Of a DNA stretch of 64,000 nt, positions 40,839-51,712 are shown piece by piece. The position numbers and the translations under genes were made by a program. Under the pieces are notes generated by a model that was given only the letters and a program-made list of their open reading frames with translations, did not search any database and was not told the origin of the DNA. The stretch's first letter is position 1, and each line of letters opens with the position of its first letter. The stretch is from Candidatus Poribacteria bacterium (GTDB lineage Bacteria > Poribacteria > WGA-4E > WGA-3G), in contig CBDANF010000003.1 in NCBI GenBank assembly GCA_965197475.1, positions 64,001 through 128,000 on the forward strand, in the 5' to 3' direction.

Positions 40839-41509
40839 TTACAACAACACACCAACAAAAATCTGTTATCTTCTATTTTTTCTATCTCCTTGAAAATGAG
40901 ATGTTTCTCAATGATGTGTTTAGCAAAGGCGACTGTCCAAAAATAGGTGGGGTATGCATACGAACCTTTTTCAGGAATTGTGATGTGCCCTCCCATTGTA
41001 CCGGTCAGCGCATCGTAGCGTTCAAGAATACTATCCTCTCCCGCACTCTTAATGAATTCATCGTGCATAGTAATTACGAAAAGACCTTTATCTGATAGAA
41101 TTCGTTTAAGTTGACCTGACAAACTCGCCAGTTCTTGGTATGATAAGTAAAGATGATTATGAGGGAGTATCGCAAAATCGAAAGAATTCTCTTTGTATGG
41201 CAGAGAAGTTATATTCCCGATATTAAATTGGCATTGACTTTTTCTTTTTTGTGCGACCTCTCTGGCATGGAGGATTGGGATTTCTGCAATGTCAATACCG
41301 GTTGCAATTGCTCCCATGTCTTCCATGGCAAAAGTAAACCGTCCTGCATTACAGCCTAAGTCTAATGCATGCATACCGGGTTGTATCAACTTACGCAAGT
41401 GTTTTTCGTACCTATCAACAGCAAATTGTGACTTTGGATTATCAGGGTCGGTTGTTGGGTGAACACCAGAAGCGTTATACATTTTCCGAATCGTATCAAT
41501 TTTATTCAA
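40823..41509 (-). CDS. Class I SAM-dependent methyltransferase
   Basis: ALDLGCNAGR, GIDIA, LPYKENSFD. Confidence 0.85.
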   Translation of the reverse strand: MNKIDTIRKMYNASGVHPTTDPDNPKSQFAVDRYEKHLRKLIQPGMHALDLGCNAGRFTFAMEDMGAIATGIDIAEIPILHAREVAQKRKSQCQFNIGNITSLPYKENSFDFAILPHNHLYLSYQELASLSGQLKRILSDKGLFVITMHDEFIKSAGEDSILERYDALTGTMGGHITIPEKGSYAYPTYFWTVAFAKHIIEKHLIFKEIEKIEDNRFLLVCCCNTTLT

Positions 41510-41573
41510 TTCTTTATTTCCTTAGAATCATGAATTTCGTTCAGATAGAAAGGTATCTGTATTTTCCTACCAT

Positions 41574-42143
41574 CTAAAACTGAAGCAGAATTAATGGTTG
41601 AACCTTTATCTGTTGATAGGTTCCCTCTGTAACATGCTCTGAAAAGAACGGATTGAAAAACATGTCTGCGGTTTTCAAAAATTCAGGTAAATTTATACCC
41701 ATATAGTTGTTCCTTGCATCACCACATTCATCAACAACTTGCCGTAATTTATCACGTCCAGCCGTAGAGAGTGTGCGCAACGGTCGCAGCATTCGCATGT
41801 GATACTTAATTAGTGAGGCAGATACTTGTATTAGTCCTTGCAGGAAGAGGCGATACGTATCTTCCGCTTGATGCCACAACCCTTCCCAGGCTTCGTGTGC
41901 CTCCCACCAATACGCAAAATTGTATAGGTCAACGCCATATAAATATGCCTCGTTCTGTTTCCACATATTTGGTGGAAGCGGCGTTTCATCATGTTCTTCT
42001 TTCACGCCGTAACTGTGTCCGAGTAGGTCGTGAATCGGATGGGGTGTTGTGCCAGGGATATGTCGATATGGTGGAAACGGCACTTGTTGACAATATCGAT
42101 GCCAATTTGGATTGAAGGGTTGGGGTTGTTTGTGATTGTCCAT
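41574..42143 (-). CDS. DUF309 domain protein
   Basis: GVDLYNFAYWWEAHEAWEGLW, LQGLIQ. Confidence 0.85.
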   Translation of the reverse strand: MDNHKQPQPFNPNWHRYCQQVPFPPYRHIPGTTPHPIHDLLGHSYGVKEEHDETPLPPNMWKQNEAYLYGVDLYNFAYWWEAHEAWEGLWHQAEDTYRLFLQGLIQVSASLIKYHMRMLRPLRTLSTAGRDKLRQVVDECGDARNNYMGINLPEFLKTADMFFNPFFSEHVTEGTYQQIKVQPLILLQF

Positions 42144-42161
42144 ATTCTATTGAAGTTTGGA

Positions 42162-43553
42162 TTATCTACCCACGCCGATGTAATGGAAGCCAGCATTCAT
42201 CGCTTCTTGTGGTGAAAAAACGTTCCGTCCATCTATGAGGATTGGTGTCTTCATTTGTTTGGCAAGTTTGCGCAGTTCCAGTTTATGATAAAGTTCCCAT
42301 TCAGTAACAAGCACTAACGCATCTGCGTTGTGAGAGAGTAGGTACACATCTTCAATGAAGTCAACAGAGATATCGCACACGGCTTGCTGCGCGTTTGGAA
42401 TGGCAATTGGGTCGTGTGCGCGGACGTTCACACCTTCAGCAACGAGTTGGCGGATAATATCAAGCGCGGGAGCTTCTCGAATATCGTCTGTATTCGGTTT
42501 AAAAGCGAGTCCAAGGATACCGATAGTTTTCCCGTTGAGTGATTTCAAAGCAGATCGTAACTTCTCCACAATTCGTTTGCGCTGTTCAAAGTTAACAGTA
42601 CGTGCTGCCTCTGTAATTGGCATTTCGTATCCAGCTTGTGTCGCTACGCCTAATAAGGCAGCAGTATCTTTCGGATAGCAGCTACCACCCCAACCCAAGC
42701 CAGCACGGAGGAATCTATGTCCGATACGCGAGTCAAGACCAATGCCGCGCGCAACTTCTGTAACATCTGCCCCGACATCCTCACAGAGTCCAGCAATTTC
42801 ATTAATAAAACTAATTTTCAGGGCAAGAAAAGTGTTGGCAGCGTATTTGATCATCTCTGCACTGTTCGGATCTGTCGTCATCATCGGGGGTAGGTGGTAA
42901 GCGGCAGGACGTGGTAGCGAAATTGGTGGATCAAATGTCTGCTCCAATATCGGTTGATACAGGCGACGTAATGCGTCTAAAGCATCATCGCTGTTCGCAC
43001 CGACCACAATCCGATCTGGATAGAATGCACCTTGCAATGCTAAACCTTCTTGCAAAAACTCTGGATTGGAAGCCACCGAAACATGACCTTGAATCTTGCG
43101 ATCAGAAAAGACATTTTCGACTACTTCAGCAACGCGCCTATTCGTGCCAATCGGAACAGTTGATTTGATAACAAGAGTGTAGTGCCTATCTGGATGGCAC
43201 ACTTCTGCGACCTCTCGTGCAGCTTCTTCAACGTGTCGTGTATCCGCCTCTCCATTCTTTTTTGGTGGTGTGCCAACAGCAATCATGATGAGTTCTGCAT
43301 TTGGAACCACTTCAGCGACCGTTGGTATGAAACGGATAGCGTGGCATACTTCGTCAAGAAGAGATTGAATTCCGGGTTCATGGATAGGGCTTTTTCCTTC
43401 TTGCAAAAGGCTAAGTTTACTGTTGTCTTTATCCACTGCGGCAACATCGTGGTTAAGGTAAGCAAGTACCACAGCTGTGGTCAACCCAACATATCCTGTT
43501 CCTATAATTGTTATTTTCATGTTCTCCCTCAAGCGAAATGCATTCCTTGCCAA
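42162..43553 (-). CDS. ugd: UDP-glucose 6-dehydrogenase
   Basis: GTGYVGL, KSTVPIGT, SNPEFLQEG, GWGGSCYPKD, GLAFKPNTDD. Probable start ATG 43520. Confidence 0.92.
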   Translation of the reverse strand: MARNAFRLRENMKITIIGTGYVGLTTAVVLAYLNHDVAAVDKDNSKLSLLQEGKSPIHEPGIQSLLDEVCHAIRFIPTVAEVVPNAELIMIAVGTPPKKNGEADTRHVEEAAREVAEVCHPDRHYTLVIKSTVPIGTNRRVAEVVENVFSDRKIQGHVSVASNPEFLQEGLALQGAFYPDRIVVGANSDDALDALRRLYQPILEQTFDPPISLPRPAAYHLPPMMTTDPNSAEMIKYAANTFLALKISFINEIAGLCEDVGADVTEVARGIGLDSRIGHRFLRAGLGWGGSCYPKDTAALLGVATQAGYEMPITEAARTVNFEQRKRIVEKLRSALKSLNGKTIGILGLAFKPNTDDIREAPALDIIRQLVAEGVNVRAHDPIAIPNAQQAVCDISVDFIEDVYLLSHNADALVLVTEWELYHKLELRKLAKQMKTPILIDGRNVFSPQEAMNAGFHYIGVGR

Positions 43554-43659
43554 ATGAGTCGGGTTTTTGGCAGGAATTAACTAAACACGGTTGAAGTTGT
43601 CCAATTTTTAAGATTACATATAGATTATAGCATATCTACCATCTTTGCGTAAGTTATAA

Positions 43660-43738
43660 TAACGTGAGCTCGGCATAAGCAATTTTTAGGAATCGGTGCG
43701 GTTTCTAACCGAAAATTGCTTATACCGAGCTCACGTTA
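43660..43738. mobile_element. Family-C mini-MITE, near-perfect hairpin enclosing a REP fragment
   Basis: TAACGTGAGCTCGGCATAAGCAATTTT...AAAATTGCTTATACCGAGCTCACGTTA around CGGTGCGGTTTCTAACCG. Confidence 0.7.
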
Positions 43739-43778
43739 TGTTACGATCTGAGCCATTCAATTCTCCAGTAATTGCTAA

Positions 43779-44842
43779 TACCATATTAACGTAATTATTC
43801 TTGTATATATTTTTAGATATGTTATTGTGAACACATCAAAAACACTAAGCAACGGGTTTTCCCTCATTTTACGACAGAAGTTCTTAAACAAAGGCATCTT
43901 GAATGTCAATGTTCTCGGGAACGGACGCACTAGCATATCATTTGACTTCTTGCTGACACCACACATCCGAGGACACCCCGTGAAGTAGCTGATATTGTAG
44001 GTTGCACTGCGGACTGGGTTCACAAACTTCTCAAACGCTATAACGCTGCGGGTGAAGAAACCCTGCGAGACAAACGCAAAAACAATGGAAGGCATCGTTT
44101 CCTGGATGAGACGCAGCACTTGCGGCTGCACTTTCTGAGCGACCTACTGATGGCGGACTTTGGACAGGTCCTAAAGTTACTGCTTGGATATCATACCATA
44201 TCTAATTGACAAAATATCATAATAGCTTGTTTTATACCATACACCTTTCGCACCGCTGGTGCTGAGATACGATTAACTATAGCCTCGGAGAGGCGATAGG
44301 TGTTGTATAGCAGCTGATGCCTGTGTTTACCAAGCCCCAGAGGGGCGATAGGTGTCCATTTTTTCCACCGCATAACACTAAAATTGACGCATAAGGGTAT
44401 CGCAAGCTACCCGACGGACGAAATAATGCAATACAATTTCTTAGAAATGGTATCAGAGAGGCTTCAGCGTCCTGTGAGTGCTGTGTGATGAACCTTGCGT
44501 TGGCAGAGTTTGCTCGGGATGTTAATCCGGACGCGAAGAAACAAATAGTGCTATTCTTGGATTGTGCGGGTTTTCGCACAGGTAAGGATTTGGAAGTGCC
44601 TGAGGGGATTGAGCTATTTTATTTACCGCCGTATACGCCGGAACTACAGCCTGCCGAACGATATGGCCTTTGTTACGGGAAAGTGGTTGCGAATAAAGTT
44701 TTTAGAACACTTACAGCACTTGAAGAAGTGATTGTGAATCGGTGTCAAGGGTTCTCCGAAAACCAAAAGATTGTGCAGCCACATGTCGGTTTTCAGTGGA
44801 TTTGCGAAATGGAAAAACAATACCAATCACGTTAATTTGGTA
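43779..44842 (+). mobile_element. Degenerate IS630 (probable parent of family-A MITEs) interrupted by a MITE at 44194-44452
   Basis: Ends TACCATATTAACG / CGTTAATTTGGTA. + strand remnants EVADIVGCTADWV, GGLWTGPKV and LPPYTPELQPAE. The inner element ends match the IS630 at 33181. Confidence 0.8.
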
Positions 44843-45076
44843 TAACTTTAGAAATGCCGTTTTTCAGATACGTAAGTGATTTGTCCGGATGCAGTGGTAT
44901 ATGCACAGCGCATCCACATTAATAGCTGCAAACCTTATGAATCCGTCGGTTATGGAGATAAGTCCAAGGTTCAGAGCCTCAATGAGATAAATATCTTCAG
45001 AAAGTTCTTTATTTTTCTGTTTCCAAAATTAAATCTCCCTTGTTTGCGATATTCCTTAACGGCTAAAATCTGTCTG

Positions 45077-46342
45077 CTATTCAATATACCCCAAATCCCG
45101 TAACCTACCCTCCAATATCTTTTTTTCCTCAGGTGTAGAGGCTTGCGCTTGTAAGTGTTGATAATTAGAACTCATCAAAATTTCGTCGTAAGCATCACGG
45201 AACCTGTCTGGATCTTCGCAGATCACATCTTCACCGCGCATGATATGCCGATAGACATATTCACCTGTCTGCTCATCTTCACGATAAAGAAATTCACCGT
45301 CCGTTAGCGACCAGAGACGCACTCCCTCTGTATACCTGCTAATCTCCTCGTTGTCAACAGTCGTCCGCGAAGTCACACGGTGATGTGGCATCTCCAAGTT
45401 TTTCCGACTGAGGAATCCGATACCATAAAAACTATCCAACTCCGATAATACCAAACGGTTGTCATCAATTTCTGATGCGGATAGTAAGTCTTGCCCATAT
45501 CCGTTGTAGTCGGTTTTAATTCCAGCAAGGTTTGTAATCGTTGGAAACAGATCAATAGCCGAAATCGGTGCTTTTGGAAATTCTAACGCATCCACACCAG
45601 GGATATGTGTTAACAGCGGCACATGCAGAACGTTCTGATTTAGTGTATTTCCGTGTTCAATAATTTCCTCACAAATCCCTTCACCGTGGTCTCCGAAGAT
45701 AAAAACGGCCCATTCTGGAAGTTCAAGCTGCTTTAGAATCTCAACCAACTTAAACTCAAGAATGTGTGTAGCGGCGGCGTAGTAAAATCTTAATGCTTCG
45801 TCTGTCCTACCGCTGTTTACAAGTGAACTGAGACTCGGTGCGCCTGGAATGCCACTCATGCCATAACCCCCGTGTGTATACCAAAAGTGTAGAAAACAGA
45901 AGTGTGGTGTTTCCGAAGGTTGTTTGAGATGTCGCATAAGGTCTTCAAGCGAACCAAGTTGCTGTTCTTTCGCTATAGGGTCCATAGGTGTGATGAACGA
46001 CTCATAATCAAGGAAGCGAAACACTTCAGCGCGTTCCGAACGCGCTGTTATGTGATACCCTTCATCAGCAAATATCTGAAATAGGTTCGGGATATCCTCA
46101 AACATCTTGAGGTAGGTTTGCCCATAAACGCCGTGCTCAAATGGATAGAGACCTGTAAAGTAGGAGGTATGAGAAGGACGTGTTGCAGGTGCAGCCACAA
46201 AAAACTTTTCAGCAAGCGAGAAATCTTTGGTCAGTAGATCAAACTTTGGTGTATTGAAGAAATTGTTAGTTCGACTGAGTGCGTCATAACGCCAGCAATC
46301 AATTGAGATGAGTAGAAATTTATTGACAGACTTTGTTTCCAT
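45077..46342 (-). CDS. Sulfatase-like alkaline phosphatase superfamily protein
   Basis: LISIDCWRYD, ATRPSHTSYFTGLYP..HG, FGDHGE, HVPL, RLRDLGYI. Confidence 0.85.
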   Translation of the reverse strand: METKSVNKFLLISIDCWRYDALSRTNNFFNTPKFDLLTKDFSLAEKFFVAAPATRPSHTSYFTGLYPFEHGVYGQTYLKMFEDIPNLFQIFADEGYHITARSERAEVFRFLDYESFITPMDPIAKEQQLGSLEDLMRHLKQPSETPHFCFLHFWYTHGGYGMSGIPGAPSLSSLVNSGRTDEALRFYYAAATHILEFKLVEILKQLELPEWAVFIFGDHGEGICEEIIEHGNTLNQNVLHVPLLTHIPGVDALEFPKAPISAIDLFPTITNLAGIKTDYNGYGQDLLSASEIDDNRLVLSELDSFYGIGFLSRKNLEMPHHRVTSRTTVDNEEISRYTEGVRLWSLTDGEFLYREDEQTGEYVYRHIMRGEDVICEDPDRFRDAYDEILMSSNYQHLQAQASTPEEKKILEGRLRDLGYIE

Positions 46343-46348
46343 ATATTA

Positions 46349-47707
46349 TTAATCCATTAATCGGGCATTGTATTGCCGTGCTGTGTGTTGATAACCTTCA
46401 AATTGGTCAGGATGAAAAGGATGGGGGGTGTAGATATAGACAGCATCACTATACGGGTCATATAGGATAACCTCTTCGCGTGCATCACCGCAGACATTAG
46501 CAGGAAAGCAATGATACCATCCCATTTTACCACCAGTCGGCGGTGGCAGGTCAGGGAACGTTACCACCTTATTTCCTGCACCATCATAGAGCGCAGCGGG
46601 ACTATAAATCAATTTGGGGTTGCCTAAACCATGCCAGCGGATAACCTCTAATCCTGTATTGTTCGGCGTTTCATCAACGCGGAATCGACTCCGAATTTGT
46701 CCGTTGTTGTCTACTACCATCAAGTCTGGATGATGCCCGTTATAGCGGATAACTAAGCTTGGAGACGAATCTGGCAGCAAGTTTCCACATCGGATCTCTT
46801 GCCCATGCGGAACAACGTCAAATCCGAGTGAAAGTACTGGATTACCCGCTGCGTCAATTACCTGTCCACTACCAGAGAGGATAGCCCGCATTTCACCATC
46901 CCATTCCTGAACTAAAACCGAGTCCATGTTCTCACCAAGGTATTTATCCCAAAGGACCGTTCCATCAGCAGCAAGCCCAAAATTGCCTCCGTTGACTTCA
47001 TCAAAACCATCTCCGTTGAAATCGCCAACTGCGGGGATATATGCGGAATGTTTTGGATACTGAAACCATCTATCGGTATATTGCCAAAGCAGTCCAAGCT
47101 TATGGTTAAAAGCGAGGATATTAACGCCGACCTTGACCACAAAATCTTGTGGTTGTGCGTTTCCACAGAGATTGGCAATCATCAAACGTTGATGGACATA
47201 ATTGGGGATATGACGTTCGCCATCTGCGTAGGCATTGCACTGCCGAAGTTCCTCAGATTCGACAGCGTGTTTAACAGCACCCGTTGCACCATCTAAAATC
47301 ATCAGATGGATTGCAGACAAATCCCATTTGCTCGCTTGTGCGACATCTGAATCTATCCAGAAGCAGATGACCTCTGCCTTTCCATCCGCATCAATATCGT
47401 AAATTGCAACGGGACCAGGACGGTCAGGTGAAAGTGTCGTTAGAACGGTATCTTTCGCATCTGCGTCTGTTATTTCAAGATGCCTATCCCCAATGGACCA
47501 GATCGGTTCACTTTCAAGCGTAAAAGCCCCAATGAAACACGGATGAATTCCTCCGAGAGACTTGTAGACTAAAAAATCAACTGTCCCATCACCTGTCAGG
47601 TCGCCGATACGGATATCACCACCCCACGAACGTCCTACTGTCCCATTAAGAAATGCGTCTGGAATTGCAACCCGTTTATAGAGATGTGCTGTTTGTGGCA
47701 TATTCAT
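46349..47707 (-). CDS. FG-GAP/rhamnogalacturonan-lyase-like beta-propeller protein
   Basis: Repeated GDLTGDG, DIDADGKAE, GDFNGDGFDE, NVCGDAREE Ca-binding loops. Confidence 0.65.
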   Translation of the reverse strand: MNMPQTAHLYKRVAIPDAFLNGTVGRSWGGDIRIGDLTGDGTVDFLVYKSLGGIHPCFIGAFTLESEPIWSIGDRHLEITDADAKDTVLTTLSPDRPGPVAIYDIDADGKAEVICFWIDSDVAQASKWDLSAIHLMILDGATGAVKHAVESEELRQCNAYADGERHIPNYVHQRLMIANLCGNAQPQDFVVKVGVNILAFNHKLGLLWQYTDRWFQYPKHSAYIPAVGDFNGDGFDEVNGGNFGLAADGTVLWDKYLGENMDSVLVQEWDGEMRAILSGSGQVIDAAGNPVLSLGFDVVPHGQEIRCGNLLPDSSPSLVIRYNGHHPDLMVVDNNGQIRSRFRVDETPNNTGLEVIRWHGLGNPKLIYSPAALYDGAGNKVVTFPDLPPPTGGKMGWYHCFPANVCGDAREEVILYDPYSDAVYIYTPHPFHPDQFEGYQHTARQYNARLMD

Positions 47708-47720
47708 GTTTAACCAAGGT

Positions 47721-49632
47721 TTACTTTGTGTTCTCTGTTTTCAGTTCTCCCCAAAGCGTAGTCAGTCTATTTTCAGGGTCAACAGCATACGCTCTACTCG
47801 ACCAATCATAAATGAGTAAGAATTTAGACACACCATCCAATATTTTTTCATGCACACCCCCACTTAATGGAACTGCAATGTTGCTTTCAAGACCTCTATT
47901 GCCGCTGTCAATAACTTGGTAAATGATATACTTTCCATTAGGCGACCATTTAAGTCCTAAAAACCACGTGTGCTCTTGAAGTCCTTTGATGGTATGCCAG
48001 ATACGCAGGTTATGAAGTGAGACAATACGAATTTCATCTGCAATCTGTACGAAGTCATGCAGACGATCTGAAGAAAAAGCAAGTTTTTTGCCATCCGGTG
48101 AGAAAACAGGCATGCTACCTACTTTGCTGATATGTATAGTTTTTTCAGTTTTGATATTAAATACAAACACACCTTCAGCGGTGTCGTAAGCGATCTGCGT
48201 TCCATCCGGTGACCAAACGATATTGGTCGCATTTACTTCTTTTAGCAGTGTGATTTTTGGCGACGCTTTTTTCAATTCACGATGGGGTATGAAATAGATT
48301 CCTTTCCTCGGAGGTAGGTTTCCATCGTCAATCAGGCTGTTCACGAAAACGATATCTCCGTTTGATGAGATGGCGATATCGGAAACCTCATCAAATCGAT
48401 TCTGTGTTAACTTGAGTGCTTTTAGTGGAACCTGATTTGTATTATAGTAGATCCTGAAAATAAGTTTACATTTTCTGTGATTTATGTTAGCCTTTATGAT
48501 TATGGCATATTCAACAGATGGACGCAAACGCGTGCTTGATTTCATCAATAATGGTGGCAGTAAAGCCGCCGCAGAACGCACTTTTCGTGTCTCAAGAAGA
48601 ACGATCTATAACTGGTTGGAAGCAGAAGACCCCTTCGCCTGTGAAAAACCGGGACCCAAAGGTCCCCGAGATATTGATTATGACGCACTTCAGCAACATG
48701 TTGCCGATTTCCCAGATTCCACACTCGCCGAACGTGCCAAACACTTCGGTGTTTCAACAAACGGCATCTTTTATGCCTTCTCAAAACTCAATATTACGCG
48801 AAAAAAAAGACAACGACCTACAAAGAACAGTGTCCGATAAAACGCCAAGAGTATCTTTCGGCACTTCAACAAGAGACACAGGAGCATGGCAAAAAACCGG
48901 TTTATCTTGACGAAAGTGGTTTCACTGAAACCACTTTCCGTCGGTATGCTTATGCCCCGAAAGGTGTCCGTGTTGAAGATAAAGTGCCAAGCCATCGGTA
49001 TACCACCACGACGCTGATTGCGGCACGGCTTGATGGATGTTTCACAGCACCTGTGCTTTTCAAGGGCAGTTGCGATGCGGTCGCCTTCAACAGTTGGCTT
49101 TCGGAAATGTTGTGTCCATTGCTTGACGATAGCCATGTTGTGATTATGGATAATGCGTCTTTCCACAAAGGTTCACAGACAGCAGCATTGATCCGGGATT
49201 GCGGTGCAAGTTTGTTGTTTTTACCACCGTATTCACCGGAGTTGAATCCGATTGAGAAGGATTTCGCCAACATCAAGCGGATACGTCAATACAATGCTCA
49301 GACTTCTATTGATGATATTATAAAAGTGTATAAGTAATTACGGGATTTACTATAATAAGGTAAACTTCGGTTTCAAAAAACTTTTCATCGCTGGTATCAA
49401 TGATGGTGATAAGAGGGCCATTTTTTTGTGCGGATATGCCCAAGATACCACCAAAACGTATTTCATGTCTAAAAAGCAGGCGTGTCTTGTCAGCGTTGTT
49501 GATGTTGGCGATCCATAATTCGCTCCAATGAGATGGGTGTCCCAAGATTACTTCCCCAGTGATCTTGGCATGTGTTGTGAGTGGCAGGAAGAAAATCAGA
49601 CATAGACAAAGACATTTGAGAAAGTATTTCAT
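47721..49632 (-). pseudogene. TolB-like/PD40 beta-propeller exported protein disrupted by IS630
   Basis: Removing the IS plus one TA rejoins EVYLI-NTNQVP in frame. WSPDG/FSPDG repeats, C-terminal AVDPENRLTTLWGELK. Confidence 0.85.
48445..49352 (+). mobile_element. IS630-family IS, apparently intact (programmed -1 frameshift)
   Basis: TA duplication, TIRs TAGTAGATCCTGAAAATAAG / TAATTACGGGATTTACTA. OrfA HTH, A-tract at ~48800. The -1 frame is open through YLDESG, MDNASFH and LPPYSPELNPIE. Confidence 0.92.
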
Positions 49633-49780
49633 GGTAACTCCTATTGTTCTGCGGGGATTTTAGTAGAGTTTTCCATTTTCATCGGGAATTCGCCCAAGTC
49701 AATAATTTCTTCAGTGCCTCCGGGTGAAAAAGCAGGCGGTTTTTCGAAACTATAACGCTCTATTATCTGGGGTTCTTCAT

Positions 49781-50545
49781 TTACACAAACGCTTTGAAAA
49801 GTCCAACGTAGAGGGCGAGCACCTTTTCGGGATCAGGTCCCGTATAAGCGCATTCATTAGATATATAGCCTGAGAAGCCGATGCGATTGAGCCATTCAAA
49901 CATTTGTCGGTAGAGTTCAAATGTTTCTGGCATTTCCACTTTGTGTGTATGCACCGCAGTAATATGAGGTGCCACGCGTGAAAAGAGAGATTCAATATTT
50001 CCACCTTCGCAACCGATGAATTGTGAATTGAAAACAAAACCGACGTTCGGAAGATTTACACCTTCAATCACCTCCATAGCAGAATTCGGGTCCGTGAAAG
50101 AGCCATGCATCTCAATTGAGACAGTAATATCCTTCTCGCCAGCATAGGTGCCAAGTGCTTTCAGCCCCTCAATCACGTAATTGACAACAGCGTCACGGTT
50201 TTCATCGGAATACCGATCCCCAAGCACTCGAACATGGTCACAATCCATAAATTCAGCCATGTCAATTACACGTGTAACGCGGCGGACGGTCTCTTCGCGA
50301 TCGGAAGCGTTTTCTGAGTGAAAATTTTGGCAACTCGTTAGCGAAGAAATAACAATACCACTTGCGTCAACTTGAGATTTCAATTCATTCCATGCCTCTT
50401 TGGGGGTATCCCACTCAAAACCGTGTTTCTGCTTGTAATCCATCAGCAGTTCAACACCGTGATAGCCTGTCGCCTCAGCGGTATCAAGAATTCGCTTGAG
50501 TTCCCAATCTTGACAAGTCTGATATGTATTTAATGCCCACTTCAT
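49781..50545 (-). CDS. Sugar phosphate isomerase/epimerase (TIM barrel)
   Basis: GYHGVEL, SIEMHG, GFSGYISNE. Confidence 0.85.
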   Translation of the reverse strand: MKWALNTYQTCQDWELKRILDTAEATGYHGVELLMDYKQKHGFEWDTPKEAWNELKSQVDASGIVISSLTSCQNFHSENASDREETVRRVTRVIDMAEFMDCDHVRVLGDRYSDENRDAVVNYVIEGLKALGTYAGEKDITVSIEMHGSFTDPNSAMEVIEGVNLPNVGFVFNSQFIGCEGGNIESLFSRVAPHITAVHTHKVEMPETFELYRQMFEWLNRIGFSGYISNECAYTGPDPEKVLALYVGLFKAFV

Positions 50546-50551
50546 ATAATG

Positions 50552-51622
50552 CTACTCCTGAATTGGAATCGGGTACCAGAGTCCGCCAGTTTTAGATGAT
50601 AAAGCCCTGTGCGTAGTATGATTAATGCCAATGACATCAACTATGATCTGGTTCTGTTGACACTGACGTAGAACATCTAATAGCTTGTAAGAGCCTTTGC
50701 TTGCCTCGTCGGTTACGAGGACAAAACGTCGGTTTGCCCCTTCCCGAAAAGTGACACGACGGATCGCTTTTACGATCGCATTGTGCGCGCGTTCATCCCC
50801 TGCCGCAGCAACAACATGGGAGGTTAATAGCTGTTTGTATTTTCCTACATCCCGCGTCAATTCATGAAAGATAGTATCATCTTCAAGGTATCTAAAGATT
50901 ACAATACCGAGCATAAAATCAACATCTTTTTTTTCAAATACCGTTACCATCTGATTAAGTTGTCTGCCGACAGCGCGGATATTATCTATCATGCTCCCGC
51001 TTATGTCAAGCAGAAAAACGATGTCAACGATATGCTCGCCTTTACCATCAGCAACGCTTTCAGCGATGCCTTCTAACGCTTCGCCCATCTCTCCATCGCG
51101 GTCAACAGGTTGTGCAACCTTTTCCGGTAACTGCTGCGTTGCTCCCAATTGTTCTTGTAATTTTTCAGCAATAGGCGTTATCGTAGGTGACTGAGCGTTC
51201 GCTACCGATATTGATTTCAATTCCGGGGATTCAGTTTCATTCTCGCTCAGCGATGTCTCTGCTATTGATAAATTTGCATCTGTTCCTAACCCTATCATGG
51301 ACGTATCAGTCGTGATAGGACGCGCCGAATTCATCGGTTGGGCAGCTTTTTGATCAGCAACCTGTACCTTAGCTGAAGAAACCTGACGACGCGCTGGCAT
51401 TGAACGTTTGCGTGCACTGCTTACATGGAAACGTTTAACTGTTAACACAACGATTACATCCTCAACCAAGGGTTGCGAAGAAAGCATCGGGCGATACCAG
51501 CTGATGTAACTCAAACCTGTAAGTGCTATGAAAACACCGTGCAAAACCACCGACAGTAGGAACGCACGCCGAGTTTTTCTGCGTTTTTGCTGAATTTTCT
51601 CTGAATAGACATCAAAAAGCAT
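50552..51622 (-). CDS. vWA domain protein with TonB-like N-terminal anchor
   Basis: LLSVVLH TM, DIVFLLDISGSM MIDAS, LVTDE. Confidence 0.85.
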   Translation of the reverse strand: MLFDVYSEKIQQKRRKTRRAFLLSVVLHGVFIALTGLSYISWYRPMLSSQPLVEDVIVVLTVKRFHVSSARKRSMPARRQVSSAKVQVADQKAAQPMNSARPITTDTSMIGLGTDANLSIAETSLSENETESPELKSISVANAQSPTITPIAEKLQEQLGATQQLPEKVAQPVDRDGEMGEALEGIAESVADGKGEHIVDIVFLLDISGSMIDNIRAVGRQLNQMVTVFEKKDVDFMLGIVIFRYLEDDTIFHELTRDVGKYKQLLTSHVVAAAGDERAHNAIVKAIRRVTFREGANRRFVLVTDEASKGSYKLLDVLRQCQQNQIIVDVIGINHTTHRALSSKTGGLWYPIPIQE

Positions 51623-51712
51623 GTCTTGTTTCTCCGGTTTAGGTGGAACCTCTATCAGATTAACGCTAATAATCCAAGAAAAGCAACGCTATTATTTTTT
51701 CAAACTATTCTT

